The notes: generated by a model from the letters alone, not told the origin. 64,000 bases of DNA from an uncultured Desulfobacter sp. (GCA_963665095.1 OY762069.1:5568001-5632000), one strand, 5' to 3'. Numbered from the stretch's first letter, positions 30,422 through 41,252 are shown. Numbers and translations are program-made.

Positions 30422-32377
30422 ATGCAGGAACGATTAAAAGGGGTCATGGGCAGAATCATGATGGTGGATCTGTCCGAGAACAGGATATCAGTGGAACCGG
30501 TATCGCCCAAGGTTTATGAAACTTTTTTGTCCGGGATGGGGCTGGCAGCCCATGTGCTTTACCACAAAATCCCGGCCGGGGCTGATCCGCTCGGTCCTGA
30601 TAATGTATTGGGATTTGTTTCCGGGCTTCTGACCGGCACCGGCTCCCTTTTCACAGGGCGCTGGATGGTGACAGGGCTCTCCCCTCTGACCGGGGGATGG
30701 GGGGAAGCCAACTGCGGGGGCTTTTTCTCTCCGGCTATCAAACGCTGCGGTGTGGACGGTATTTTCTTTAAGGGCATCAGCCCCAAACCTGTCTACCTCC
30801 ATGTGGATGACCAGACTGCCACGCTCAGAGATGCAGGCGAACTGTGGGGAAAAGATGCGGTGGAAACAGAAGACCTGCTCAAGGGAAAATATCCGGGCGC
30901 CAGGGTGGCCTGCATTGGTCCCGCCGGGGAGAAAATATCCCTGATTTCAGGGGTTTCCACAGACAGGGGCCGGATGGCAGCCCGGTCCGGCCTTGGGGCA
31001 GTCATGGGGGCCAAACAGCTTAAAGCGGTGGTGCTGGCCGGCAAAAAACGCATCCCGGTCCATGACCGGTCCGAGATGAAACGTTTAAGCGGAATCTGCA
31101 ATCGATGGGTTCAGTTCCAGCCCCCCTTTGTCCCGGGCTGGCTCACCGGGCCTATCGGGGCTCTGATGCGTATCCTGCCGGTGGTGGCTACCCAGGACGG
31201 TCTTTTATACAAGGTTCTCCTTCGCAAATGGGGCACCGCCGCCATGAATCAGCTCTCTGTGGAGATGGGGGATTCACCCATTAAAAACTGGGAGGGCACA
31301 AGTTCAGACTGGGGCTTTTTTAAATCCCTCTCATCCAACCCCGATGGATTTACCCGCCGGGAAACCCAGAAATTTCACTGCTATTCCTGCCCCCTGGGAT
31401 GTGGCGGGATCTGCACCACCAGTGGGAAATTTCCCGAAACCCATAAGCCTGAATATGAGACGGTCCTCTCCTTTGGCGGCTTTGTGATGAACAAGGACAT
31501 GGATTCCGTGTTCTACCTGAATGAGCTGCTCAACCGGGCCGGCATGGACACGATCTCCGCAGGCCATGCCGTGGCCTTTGCCATGGAATGCTATGAAAAG
31601 GGTATCATCACCCTGGCTGACACGGCTGGACAGTCCCTGGAATGGGGAAATCCAAAAGCAGTTGAATTCCTGGTGGAAAAAATGGTGGCCCGGCAGGGCA
31701 TTGGCGATCTTCTGGCCGACGGGGTAAAAAAGGCAGCGGAGCACTTTGGCGAATCCGCTAAAGAGGCGGCCATGCACTGCGGGGGGCAGGAACCAGCCAT
31801 GCATGACTCAAGAAATGATCCCGGATTTGCCCTCCATTACAGTGTGGAACCGGCGCCCGGACGCCACACCAACGGGGCCGGGTTATATTACGAAATGTAC
31901 CAGCTGTGGAAAAGGGTTAAAGGGGTGCCTAAAATCGGGCCGATGTACATGAAATCCGCCAAATATAAAAAGGATATCCACCACGCCCGGGTGGGCAAGG
32001 CCAATTCCGAATATCTCAATGTGATGAACGGCGCCGGGGCCTGTCTCTTCGGCGGCTTTTTAGGGGCCAACCGCATCCGGATATTTGACTGGCTCAATGC
32101 CGCCACCGGCTGGCAGTTTACCCCGGAAGCATACATGGAAAAAGGGACCAATATCCAGACCATCAAACAGGCTTTTAACATCAAACACGGGATCAAACCC
32201 GAGGCGTGCAAAGCCCCGAAGCGTCTTCTGGGTATGCCGCCCCAGTCAAAGGGGGCCAACAAGGGACGCAGTATTGATGTGGAAACCATGATGAAGGACT
32301 ATTGGGAGTTATTCGGCTGGGACCGGGAAACAGGGGTGCCGCCCCAGGAGTCGGTTACCCGCCTGGCATCTATTTAA
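30422..32377 (+). CDS. aor: Aldehyde:ferredoxin oxidoreductase (W/Mo-pterin AOR family)
   Basis: SPLTGGWGEANCGG, CIGPAGE, AARSGLGAVMGAK, CYSCPLGC, PEYET, GMDTIS. Confidence 0.93.
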   Translation: MQERLKGVMGRIMMVDLSENRISVEPVSPKVYETFLSGMGLAAHVLYHKIPAGADPLGPDNVLGFVSGLLTGTGSLFTGRWMVTGLSPLTGGWGEANCGGFFSPAIKRCGVDGIFFKGISPKPVYLHVDDQTATLRDAGELWGKDAVETEDLLKGKYPGARVACIGPAGEKISLISGVSTDRGRMAARSGLGAVMGAKQLKAVVLAGKKRIPVHDRSEMKRLSGICNRWVQFQPPFVPGWLTGPIGALMRILPVVATQDGLLYKVLLRKWGTAAMNQLSVEMGDSPIKNWEGTSSDWGFFKSLSSNPDGFTRRETQKFHCYSCPLGCGGICTTSGKFPETHKPEYETVLSFGGFVMNKDMDSVFYLNELLNRAGMDTISAGHAVAFAMECYEKGIITLADTAGQSLEWGNPKAVEFLVEKMVARQGIGDLLADGVKKAAEHFGESAKEAAMHCGGQEPAMHDSRNDPGFALHYSVEPAPGRHTNGAGLYYEMYQLWKRVKGVPKIGPMYMKSAKYKKDIHHARVGKANSEYLNVMNGAGACLFGGFLGANRIRIFDWLNAATGWQFTPEAYMEKGTNIQTIKQAFNIKHGIKPEACKAPKRLLGMPPQSKGANKGRSIDVETMMKDYWELFGWDRETGVPPQESVTRLASI

Positions 32378-32393
32378 GGAAAGGGGATATAAT

Positions 32394-32843
32394 ATGACTT
32401 TTACCATTTCCCAGGACTGTGTCGGGTGTGGCGCCTGCGCCAGAATCTGCCCGGTGGGCGCGGCTACAGGTGAAAAAAAGGAGGCCCACTGGATCAACCC
32501 TGAGATCTGCATAGAATGCGGGGCCTGCAGCCGGGTCTGTCCCAAAGGCGCGGTGCTGGACAGTTTTGGCCTGGTTCAGGCCAGGATACCCAGAAAAGCG
32601 TGGCCAATGCCCCGGTTTGACTTTAATGTCTGCATCTCCTGCGGCATCTGCATTGACACCTGCCCGGCCAATGCCCTGTCCCAGGGGCTTCAGAAGGTGG
32701 GCTCCAGACACCTGTTTCCCTTTGTCCGGGAGGAATCTCTTTGCATAGCCTGCGGATTCTGTGCCCAGGACTGCCCGGTGGAAGCTGTTGTCATGGCAAA
32801 AAAAGATACCGCAGCGCCTGAAAAGCAGGCAAAGGCAGGCTGA
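32394..32843 (+). CDS. Polyferredoxin (4 x [4Fe-4S])
   Basis: Four CxxCxxCxxxCP motifs. Confidence 0.93.
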   Translation: MTFTISQDCVGCGACARICPVGAATGEKKEAHWINPEICIECGACSRVCPKGAVLDSFGLVQARIPRKAWPMPRFDFNVCISCGICIDTCPANALSQGLQKVGSRHLFPFVREESLCIACGFCAQDCPVEAVVMAKKDTAAPEKQAKAG

Positions 32844-32845
32844 TT

Positions 32846-33430
32846 ATGGCTAAAACCTTTAAAGGTACGAACCGGGATAACCGCCAGCGCATCCTTGATG
32901 CGGCCATGGCCCTGATTGGAGAAAAAGGGGTTGAAAAAACCAGCCTGGCCCAGATCTCGGCCCGGTCCGGTATCAGCAAAGGGACCCTTTATTACTATTA
33001 CGCCACAAAGAATGATCTCATTTTTGACATTGCCGACCTTCACATGGAACGGATCACATTCCGGCTGACTGAAATGATTGATTTAAACAAAGCGCTTACC
33101 TGGGAAGATCTGCTTACTGAATTTTTCACCACGCTGCTAACCTTAGAAGAGAGAAGCCGTTTGCATATCTATCTTGTACGGGAGGCAATATCGGGGAACC
33201 AGGAACTGAAAAAACGGTTTCAGGCCACCTATGCTGAATGGTTTGACATGGTGGCCGATTCCTACACCCGGATGTCCGGAGGCACCCCGGACACCGCAGC
33301 CAAGGCAAAGCTTCTGGTGGCGGTTGTGGACGGTTTCATTCTTCAGGTTCTCCTGGAAACCGGCCAGACTGACATTCAGGATATTGTTCGGCTCATGCTC
33401 AAGGCCATATGGGAGCCCGAGCCTGAATAA
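32846..33430 (+). CDS. TetR/AcrR-family regulator
   Basis: TSLAQISARSGISKGTLYYYY. Confidence 0.93.
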   Translation: MAKTFKGTNRDNRQRILDAAMALIGEKGVEKTSLAQISARSGISKGTLYYYYATKNDLIFDIADLHMERITFRLTEMIDLNKALTWEDLLTEFFTTLLTLEERSRLHIYLVREAISGNQELKKRFQATYAEWFDMVADSYTRMSGGTPDTAAKAKLLVAVVDGFILQVLLETGQTDIQDIVRLMLKAIWEPEPE

Positions 33431-33596
33431 TACGCTGGAAAATTTAACATCCCGTACCTGACCACATAACCCAATTAACATAGAAAAAAGGAGAGATACC
33501 ATCTGCACTTTTAGTTGAAAATTAACCTTTGGCTTTCCAACGCGGTGTTTGATTGCAGGGTTCGGTGATAATTACTTAATCAGAAGGAACTTGGGA

Positions 33597-35001
33597 ATGA
33601 AAAAATTTATCTTGGATAGATGCATTATTCAGCTGGGATTCATGGCAACAGCACTGGCTGTTATGATATCAATTGCACTGGTGGAAGTCCCTTATGCCCA
33701 TGCACAGGCAATCCCGATCAACACTCAGTTGTGGACCGGGCCCTATGAAATCAACATCAATCCAGACCTGAATATTGCCTATCCTGACACGGGAGCTGTC
33801 TACTGGACATCAAAGATAACCATTCCCAAAGGAGCACGCCTGAAACTGGTGGGACAGTATGCCCATGCCAGGTATATCTCTATAAGCGCATACAATATGG
33901 TTGCAGGCACACCCACAGAAACCCTTAACGACACAGGGATAGAGCCGGATAAAGGCTCCATCAACCCCTTTTATCCGGGAGAAAGGCGCAACTCAGATAA
34001 AGACCGGAATTTCACAATCATGGTGCTGAATGAAGTACCCCCGGCTGACGAATCCCGGCGCATGCCCAATACCCTTTATGCCAAATCAGGGGACAAGGGG
34101 GGAGCTGGCCATGATCTGGCGCATTTATGTCCCGGATAAAGACACGGGTATTACCGGAGGGGTGGAACTGCCAAAACCGCAGGTAATACTGGAAGACGGC
34201 ACGGTGCTGGACACCCGGGCATCCTGCGATGCCCTGTCCATCGACGCCACCATTTTTTCCCCAAAATTTCTGGATGTAAAAACCTATATGGCTTTGCGCA
34301 ACGGACTTATTCTGAAAAAATACGGATGGCAGGGAGATATTCCGCCCACATTCCCCTCTCAGAACCCGCCGGTATTTAAAAAAGTATTTAATATAAAAGA
34401 GAGCATGATGTGCAATTTTGCAAAACGGTTTTCAGGAAACTGTGATCCGGCACCGAAGTATACAGTGGGCCAGTATGCCAACCTTGACAACCAGTACATG
34501 AGTGTTCCGGTAAACCGTGGGTTTGCCGAACTGGTGGTGGTCCGTGGAAAGGCCCCGGTTACACCAAAGACATATAACCATGCGCCTGTCATGCAGGAAA
34601 AAGTAGATATGCGTTACTGGTCTTTGACCACCAATGAATCCCTGGTCACGACCAAGGTAACCGATGGTGCCTATGATGAAGAGGTTCCCCTTGACCCGGA
34701 TGGCTGCTATACCATTGTTATCTCCCTGCCCGCAGACCGTCCCGGGAATGCCGTCAATGAAAAAGGTGTCCAGTGGATAAAGTGGCCTGAAAAAGGTGAT
34801 GGTGTCGGACATGTGAATGATGCAAAACTGATCCTGCGCCACATGCTGCCGTCACCGGATTTTACACACAGTATCCAGAATGTGGAAATTCCCGGGAGAG
34901 AATCTGAAGTGCTTGGCCCATATATGCCAATATGCCGGTATATGACCAGGGAGGCCTTTGAGGCCCTTGGCGACCAACCCTGGAAACAGCTCAAAAATTA
35001 A
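33597..35001 (+). pseudogene. Secreted hypothetical protein split by a +1 frameshift in a G6 run (34097-34102)
   Basis: Signal peptide ending AHA-QA. Removing one G joins ...YAKSGDKG to ELAMIWRIYVPD. Confidence 0.75.
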
Positions 35002-35025
35002 CATAACCCACGATGAACCAGCGGT

Positions 35026-35061
35026 CAAAAGGAGGGAACCGTTATTTTTCCTCCTTTTGAT
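35026..35061. terminator. Probable terminator hairpin
   Basis: tcaaaaggagg...cctccttttga. Confidence 0.55.
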
Positions 35062-35103
35062 CCTTTGGCTGAACATCCATTTACAAAAAAAATAGCAGCA
35101 AAA

Positions 35104-35358
35104 ATGATGACAAAAAAAGACACCCACCAGTTTATTCAGGAATACACAGGTCTTGGCGCCTTTGGTCTGGACCGGGCCACCGATGAGGAGACCATCATGT
35201 TCTACCTGCAGAAATTCAGTGAGGACAGCTTTATGAATGCCCTTCTGCCCAGGCTTTCCGACCGGGAACTTGAAGAGATCTACGAATGGATCAACAGACA
35301 TCTGAAAAAACATTTTTCCGAAGATGAATATCATAGCCTGTTTCTGAAAGATCGTTGA
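35104..35358 (+). CDS. Small acidic cytoplasmic hypothetical protein
   Basis: Clean ORF with natural protein composition, ending YHSLFLKDR. Confidence 0.65.
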   Translation: MMTKKDTHQFIQEYTGLGAFGLDRATDEETIMFYLQKFSEDSFMNALLPRLSDRELEEIYEWINRHLKKHFSEDEYHSLFLKDR

Positions 35359-35413
35359 TATTACCGGCTCTGAATGAAAAACACCCCTTACCCGGAAAAT
35401 TTTTAATTTTGTA

Positions 35414-36715
35414 TTATTTTTCAGGTGTAAGCACCAGGAAATAAAGCTGCCCCCTCGCCTGCATATGACCGGCTGCGTAATCTGCCCACTCCCCGGCACC
35501 GCAGAACAGGTCTACCCGGCCGGGACCCTTGATGGCACCGCCCGTGTCCTGGTTAAGCACAAACAGGGAGGCCCTGGGCCAGACGTCCTTTGACTGGCCG
35601 ATACGGGAGGGCAAAGCTGTCTGGATAAAGGCCAGGCCGCCTTTGGGAAACAGCTTGCTGTCCGTGGCAATGGATCGTACCGGGGTGACTGCCACCCCGA
35701 TGCAGCCAAATGGACCGCCATGCCCCTCCTTGAAAAACACAAAGCTGTCATTGGTATGCAGCACCTCATCCATGCGATCAGGATGGGCAGAGAGCCATTC
35801 ACGGATGGCCTGCATGGACATTTTTTCCTTTGGCACCTCGTTGGTATCAATGAGGTATTTTCCCACAGAGCTATATTTCCGGCCATTGGCGCCGGCATAG
35901 TGAATGCGAAGGATCTCTCCACTGTCCAGGGACACCCGGCCGGAACCCTGAATCTCCAGAAAAAACCGGTCAATGCGGGAGGCAAGCCACACCACAGGTA
36001 TGGCCCTTTGCGCAAAATTGCCCCGGGTATTGATCTCTTCCCGGGTGTAATAGGGCCGCACCTGCCGTGCCTTTTCGTCCAGGCGGGCCATCAGGCGTTT
36101 GTGCCCTTTATATTTGTCTGAAAACTGGGACAGGTCGATCTGAAACAAGTCGTCCGGCATGGAATAAACGGGCCAGGGGAAGTCTTCTCCCTGCTCACGG
36201 CTGCCCGGATAGGTGGGTTCAAAATAGCCGGTAAAAAGAACATCTTGTTTTGATCCGCCCACGCTCTTGTACACAGTATAATTTTTCCGGATAAACCGGT
36301 TAAGGGCTTTGGTTGAAGGATTATCAGCCAGAAAAGACTTAAAGGTTTCAAGGGAGCGGATCATGTGGGCAGCACTGTACAGGTCTTTACCGTACACATA
36401 CGTCCGGGTTTCCGGTACCCGGCCAAAATAAGTCAGGCTCTGGTCAATGGCGGCGTCAAGATCCTGGAGCAACAGGGCATCCATAAATTCCGGCAGATCT
36501 GAGGAAGCGACTTTCTGCAAAGGCTGGTTGTAGATTTCCGCCACGTTGTTCTGATCCCGGCAGCCCCAGGTCCCTGCGAGCATCAGAATCAAAGCCAGCT
36601 GCCATATCAGTTTCGCATACCAGCTACTGGAAACTGTCTTATAAAATCCCGGCAACCGTTTCAGTATCAGCCAGGATCGAAACCCGGTGAGGAGCAGGCA
36701 TTTAAGCAGATTCAT
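35414..36715 (-). CDS. mltA: Membrane-bound lytic murein transglycosylase A
   Basis: FTGYFEP, FFLEIQGSG, QDTGGAIKGPGRVDLFCG. Confidence 0.93.
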   Translation of the reverse strand: MNLLKCLLLTGFRSWLILKRLPGFYKTVSSSWYAKLIWQLALILMLAGTWGCRDQNNVAEIYNQPLQKVASSDLPEFMDALLLQDLDAAIDQSLTYFGRVPETRTYVYGKDLYSAAHMIRSLETFKSFLADNPSTKALNRFIRKNYTVYKSVGGSKQDVLFTGYFEPTYPGSREQGEDFPWPVYSMPDDLFQIDLSQFSDKYKGHKRLMARLDEKARQVRPYYTREEINTRGNFAQRAIPVVWLASRIDRFFLEIQGSGRVSLDSGEILRIHYAGANGRKYSSVGKYLIDTNEVPKEKMSMQAIREWLSAHPDRMDEVLHTNDSFVFFKEGHGGPFGCIGVAVTPVRSIATDSKLFPKGGLAFIQTALPSRIGQSKDVWPRASLFVLNQDTGGAIKGPGRVDLFCGAGEWADYAAGHMQARGQLYFLVLTPEK

Positions 36716-37904
36716 CTTCCATGTCCCTTTCTTTCATCCGGCCAAGATTCAACGACATTTCCGGTATGGGGTCTGTATCAGGCAGGCTGCTGGAAGTGAC
36801 ACCCAGCGCCTCAAACTTGCGGGCCGATGACATGACCCGTGTTTCCATGGCCCCTATGGTGCGGTTAAAGGTGGCTGCCGTGCGCTCAATATCCTTTCCC
36901 AGCCGGTTCATGTGCCCGGCCATGGTGGAGAGTCTTGAAAACAGTTCTGAACCCAGCTCCCGTATGGCCAGGGCATTTTCCAGACCCGCCTGCTGAAGCC
37001 AGACATAAGCCACGGTCTTGAGCAGTGCGATCAAAGTGGTGGGAGTGGCCAGTATCACCCCGTGTTCTATGCCCTTTTCAATAAGATCGGGCCGGGCGGA
37101 CAGGGCTGCGGAAAAAAAATTTTCCCCCGGTATGAACAGCACAACAAATTCTGGACTTGGCGTAAAGGCGGCTGAATAATTTTTTGACCCCAGCTGACCA
37201 ATATGCGCCATGACCTGACGGGCATGGTCGGACAGCCGCTCTTTCTGCTCCTGTGGATCCGAGGTATCAAGTGCATCCAGATAGGCCATGAGCGGCACCT
37301 TGGCATCCACCACCACCTGCCGGTTGCCGGGCAGGTGCACCACCATGTCCGGCCGAAGGGCCCCTTTGCCGGAACCTTTTACGCCCTGCTCGACAAAATC
37401 GCAGTGCTCAGCCATCCCTGCCAGTTCCACAGCCCGTTTCAGGGTGGTTTCCCCCCACCGGCCCCTGACATGGGGCACCCGAAGGGCTTTGACCAGATTG
37501 TCGGTCTCCTTTGACAGCTTGTGCTGGGTTCTGGCCATGTCGGACAGATACTGGCTGATGGCACCAAAGGCCTGCCCCCGGTCCTTCTCCATGGTGGAAA
37601 GCCGCTGTTCATACCTGTCCAGCATCCGGTGCACCGGATCAACAGCCTGGGTAAAGGCCTCCTGCCGTGATTTAAAATCCTGCCGGGCCTCTCTGACATA
37701 CCCGCTGAAGTGGGACTGGGCCAGATCCATAAACTGACGGGAATTTTCATACAAAGCCCGGTCGGACATTGTTCTGAACCGGTCTGAAAACAGCCGTATG
37801 CCAAGCCGGGTCAACGCCAGGGCAACAACCAGACCCACCGCAAACCCGATGCCTAAAAAAACAAGATTGTCAGCGCTGATGCTTATGTCTGTCAACGTGG
37901 TCAT
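36702..37904 (-). CDS. rmuC: DNA recombination protein RmuC
   Basis: RGRWGETTL, RPDMVVHLP, VDAKVP, FVVLFIPGE, ATPTTLIALL. Confidence 0.93.
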   Translation of the reverse strand: MTTLTDISISADNLVFLGIGFAVGLVVALALTRLGIRLFSDRFRTMSDRALYENSRQFMDLAQSHFSGYVREARQDFKSRQEAFTQAVDPVHRMLDRYEQRLSTMEKDRGQAFGAISQYLSDMARTQHKLSKETDNLVKALRVPHVRGRWGETTLKRAVELAGMAEHCDFVEQGVKGSGKGALRPDMVVHLPGNRQVVVDAKVPLMAYLDALDTSDPQEQKERLSDHARQVMAHIGQLGSKNYSAAFTPSPEFVVLFIPGENFFSAALSARPDLIEKGIEHGVILATPTTLIALLKTVAYVWLQQAGLENALAIRELGSELFSRLSTMAGHMNRLGKDIERTAATFNRTIGAMETRVMSSARKFEALGVTSSSLPDTDPIPEMSLNLGRMKERDMEDESA

Positions 37905-38434
37905 TCAGATCTATTTTCAGCAGATTCATTTTCAGCGGATATTTTTTGGGCAAAGGCCTTTTCGTTCCTGAATACCCCGCTTTTTCCACCTGATTTAAAG
38001 GCCAGATGGATATCGGAGACCTCCATGGTTTTATCATAGGCCTTGCACATATCATAGATAGCCAGGGCGGCCACACTGACAGCTGTCAGGGCCTCCATCT
38101 CCACACCTGTTTTTCCGGTCAGAGAAACCTCCGCCTCAATGCCGATACAGTTGTTTTCCCGGTCGATGGTAAAATCAACTCTGATGTGGGTAATGTTCAG
38201 GGGGTGGCACATGGGAATCAGATCAGACGTTTTTTTTGCCGCCATAACACCGGCAATCCGTGCGGTTTCCAGCACGTTGCCTTTTTTTACCCGTTCATCG
38301 GCTATGGCAGCCAGTGTCTGCTGGGACATAAAAATCCTGCCCTTTGCCACAGCAACCCGTTTTGTGGCTGCCTTGTCCCCCACATCCACCATTCTGACAC
38401 GGCCCTGGCCGTCCACATGGGTAAATTCGCTCAC
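37901..38434 (-). CDS. moaC: Cyclic pyranopterin monophosphate synthase
   Basis: RMVDVGDK, LIPMCHP, TGVEMEALT, YDMCKA. Confidence 0.96.
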   Translation of the reverse strand: MSEFTHVDGQGRVRMVDVGDKAATKRVAVAKGRIFMSQQTLAAIADERVKKGNVLETARIAGVMAAKKTSDLIPMCHPLNITHIRVDFTIDRENNCIGIEAEVSLTGKTGVEMEALTAVSVAALAIYDMCKAYDKTMEVSDIHLAFKSGGKSGVFRNEKAFAQKISAENESAENRSE

Positions 38435-38508
38435 ATCTGCTCCTTTATATTTTTCACTCGTTCCCGGTCCAGGCCGAAGCCGGCATCAACGGGGAGGTTT
38501 GTGGCCAT

Positions 38509-38868
38509 TCATGCAAAAAACTGTGTTTTGGCCGTGGCTTCCGTTTTAATCCTGTTCAGGGCATGGGCCAGTGCGGCAATCACATTTTCTCTAATATCGC
38601 CGGCCACCGCAAGAAACATCACATCATCCCCCACCATCAGGGGCTTGTCCGCCTCCACATGCACGAGCACCTCCACAATTCCCGGCATGGCCCGGGTCTG
38701 CACCACAATCTGGTCCAGCTTTTCCGTGTCCACAGTAACACGTAACCCGGTGACTGGCTGGCCGTCCCGGGATGTGCCCCTCACCACGCCATTATGGTAA
38801 AGCACCATACCAGCCTGAGAAAATTCGGGGTGGCTTTTCATCTGATTTATCATTGCAGGCAGATCCAT
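38509..38868 (-). CDS. moaE: Molybdopterin synthase large subunit (short MoaE family)
   Basis: GMVLYHNGVVRGTSR, VGDDVMFLAVAGDIRE. Lies between moaC and mobA. Confidence 0.8.
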   Translation of the reverse strand: MDLPAMINQMKSHPEFSQAGMVLYHNGVVRGTSRDGQPVTGLRVTVDTEKLDQIVVQTRAMPGIVEVLVHVEADKPLMVGDDVMFLAVAGDIRENVIAALAHALNRIKTEATAKTQFFA

Positions 38869-38900
38869 TTTCCACTTCCTTCTTTAAAAAGTCTTATCTT

Positions 38901-39545
38901 TCAACTCGACCCTGAGTGACGGCATCTGCCGTCATTTGGATCACAGTTTTCCGCCATGGCTTTCGCAGTTTCAAGATCAGCCGGCGTATTGACATTGAAT
39001 TTAAACCGCATCTCCGGATCCAGGGTTTCCAGTACCCGGGGCCCAATCTGCTTTACCCGTTCAGGTTTAAAAAATTTTTTTATCATAAACTGTTTTTTTG
39101 CAAGGCTGGTTTCAATACGCGGGATGCAGGTTTTATGGTACAGGGCAGACAATGGTTCCAGCCCCTCCCGGGTTTTTGGAATAATGACCTGTTTGTCAGG
39201 GGTTCTTTGATCCAGGAGATACCGAATAACGGGCTCACTGGAAAAGGGCACGTCGCAACCGGTTACATAGGACCAGGGAAACGAGGCATAAAACAGGCCC
39301 GCATGAAGGCCGGAAAGCGCGCATCTGGATTGTTCAATATCCGTAACCATCAGGGCGTTAACCTCTAAAAAACAGACCGGCTCGTTTACAACCAGAATCA
39401 CCTCTTTAAATAGCCGGGTAAACAGGGCATGGGTCCGTGCCATGATAGTATCGGGCCCCACCTTGTGAAACGCTTTTTTAATGCCCGGTAACCGGCTGTT
39501 GCGCCCCCCGGCCAGGATTACGCCTGTGCAATCAAATTTTTCCAC
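38901..39545 (-). CDS. mobA: Molybdenum cofactor guanylyltransferase
   Basis: GVILAGGRNSR, GCDVPF, EPLSALY, FNVNTPADL. Confidence 0.92.
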   Translation of the reverse strand: MEKFDCTGVILAGGRNSRLPGIKKAFHKVGPDTIMARTHALFTRLFKEVILVVNEPVCFLEVNALMVTDIEQSRCALSGLHAGLFYASFPWSYVTGCDVPFSSEPVIRYLLDQRTPDKQVIIPKTREGLEPLSALYHKTCIPRIETSLAKKQFMIKKFFKPERVKQIGPRVLETLDPEMRFKFNVNTPADLETAKAMAENCDPNDGRCRHSGSS

Positions 39546-39706
39546 CCCGTCCTTCTTTTTCTGGTATTTTTATCAGATTCGTATTGATACCTTACTATGC
39601 CTTTGTTGATTATAGGAAGCGGGATCTAAAATCAAGGTGTTGCCGTGGTAAAAAAAAGATGGTAGTAAATTTTTTTGGGCATACCGGAATAGGGATTAGA
39701 TACATT

Positions 39707-40243
39707 ATGACAAAAAAAAAGATCATCCTGAACAGTCAGGACTACAAGCGGATCATTACACGCATCGCCTACGAGATTATTGAAAAGCATAAAGGGGCGC
39801 AAAACCTGGCTCTTGTAGGCATCCAGACCCGGGGGGACTTCCTGGCCAAGCGCCTGGCCGAACAGATGGCTGCCATTGAAGGCATTGACCTGCCCGTAGG
39901 TTCCATGGACATCAACATGTACCGGGATGACTGGACCAGAATCAGCCATCAGCCCAGTGTCAGGCCGTCAAATATCCCCTTTTCCGTGGATGATATGGAA
40001 ATTATCCTGGTGGATGACGTCCTGTTCACCGGCAGAACCATCCGGGCCGCCATGGAGGCACTCCTGGATTTTGGCAGGCCCTCCCGCATTGAGCTTGCCA
40101 TCCTGGTGGACAGAGGCCACCGGGAACTGCCCATCCAGGCCGATTACCAGGGCATTTTCGCCGACACCGAACCCGAGGACATGATCCATGTCCATGTCCT
40201 TGAACAGGACCAGGAAGACTGTGTCTACAAAGAGTTGCCGTAA
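39707..40243 (+). CDS. pyrR: Bifunctional pyr regulator / uracil phosphoribosyltransferase
   Basis: RIAYEIIE, GIQTRG, LVDDVLFTGRTIRAA, DRGHRELPI. Confidence 0.94.
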   Translation: MTKKKIILNSQDYKRIITRIAYEIIEKHKGAQNLALVGIQTRGDFLAKRLAEQMAAIEGIDLPVGSMDINMYRDDWTRISHQPSVRPSNIPFSVDDMEIILVDDVLFTGRTIRAAMEALLDFGRPSRIELAILVDRGHRELPIQADYQGIFADTEPEDMIHVHVLEQDQEDCVYKELP

Positions 40244-40340
40244 AAGGGGCTGATCTTTACAGCATGCCTTTGCAACCGGTATCAACACAACATTTCACAA
40301 TTGTCCGGACAGCTGACTGTGCCCGGGCAGAAAGGAATAC

Positions 40341-40844
40341 ATGAGCGCCCACTCTCATCGGACATCTTCACCCCGGCACCTTAGAATTGCCGTATTGTCC
40401 ATGTCCAGCACCCGGAATATTGAAACCGACAAAAGCGGTTTATGGATCAAAAAACAGGCCAAAAAAGAGGGCCATGAAGTGGTGATCCACCAGGTTCTCC
40501 CGGACGAGACAGGCGCCATCACCGATGCCTTGACCCATATCATAGAACGCATCGGCCCCCATGCCGTCATCATGACCGGCGGCACCGGTATCAGCCCCAA
40601 GGATGTAACCATTGAGGCTGTCCGGCCCATGTTTAAAAAGGAGCTGACGGCATTTGGACCGCTGTTTGCCCAGCTCAGCTTTGAACAGATCGACTCTGCC
40701 GCTATTTTATCCCGGGCCATGGCAGGCGTCATCGAGAGCACCATTGTGTTCTGTATGCCCGGCAGCATTAATGCCTGTAAACTGGCCTGCAACAATCTGA
40801 TTTTCCCGGAACTCGGACATTTGATCAAACATGTAAAGGAATAA
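40341..40844 (+). CDS. moaB: MoaB/Mog molybdopterin adenylyltransferase family
   Basis: DKSG, TGGTGISPKDVTIEA, AILSRAMAG, MPGS. Confidence 0.88.
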   Translation: MSAHSHRTSSPRHLRIAVLSMSSTRNIETDKSGLWIKKQAKKEGHEVVIHQVLPDETGAITDALTHIIERIGPHAVIMTGGTGISPKDVTIEAVRPMFKKELTAFGPLFAQLSFEQIDSAAILSRAMAGVIESTIVFCMPGSINACKLACNNLIFPELGHLIKHVKE

Positions 40845-40847
40845 ACC

Positions 40848-41252
40848 ATGAGCGAACTTGAGACCCTGTTAAACGATTGGAAAGATAATGACAACCAGAC
40901 CCGAAAAGCCTTTACCGAGCTTGTGGACCATTTAAAAAACCTGTCCGACACCACCCTTGATTTTGTGGGGCGCCCCGGCGTAAGCTACTCCCTTCGCCCC
41001 CGTCACGCCGCCCAGAATAAACGTCCTTTGTTTGCCATGGTGGATGTCATTGACGATGATCCGGAAGACAGATGGCTGTCGGTCTGCTTTTACGGGGAGA
41101 TGGTCACCGATCCCCAGGAGGCAGGGGATCTGGTTCCCGAAGGCCTGCTTGGTGAAGACGGCTACTGCTTTGACATGTATGAATATGATGAGCAGGAGGT
41201 GGCTTACCTCAAAGAACGTCTCTCAGAGGCTCATTCCAACGCTCCGGAGTAA
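40848..41252 (+). CDS. Conserved hypothetical protein
   Basis: RBS aagga; RPLFAMVDVIDDDP..RWLSVCFY..VPEGLLGEDG. Confidence 0.7.
   Translation: MSELETLLNDWKDNDNQTRKAFTELVDHLKNLSDTTLDFVGRPGVSYSLRPRHAAQNKRPLFAMVDVIDDDPEDRWLSVCFYGEMVTDPQEAGDLVPEGLLGEDGYCFDMYEYDEQEVAYLKERLSEAHSNAPE

Noticed and set aside
39707..40243. pyrR amid Moco genes as a functional link
   Set aside because: There is no evidence beyond adjacency; it is likely ordinary gene order
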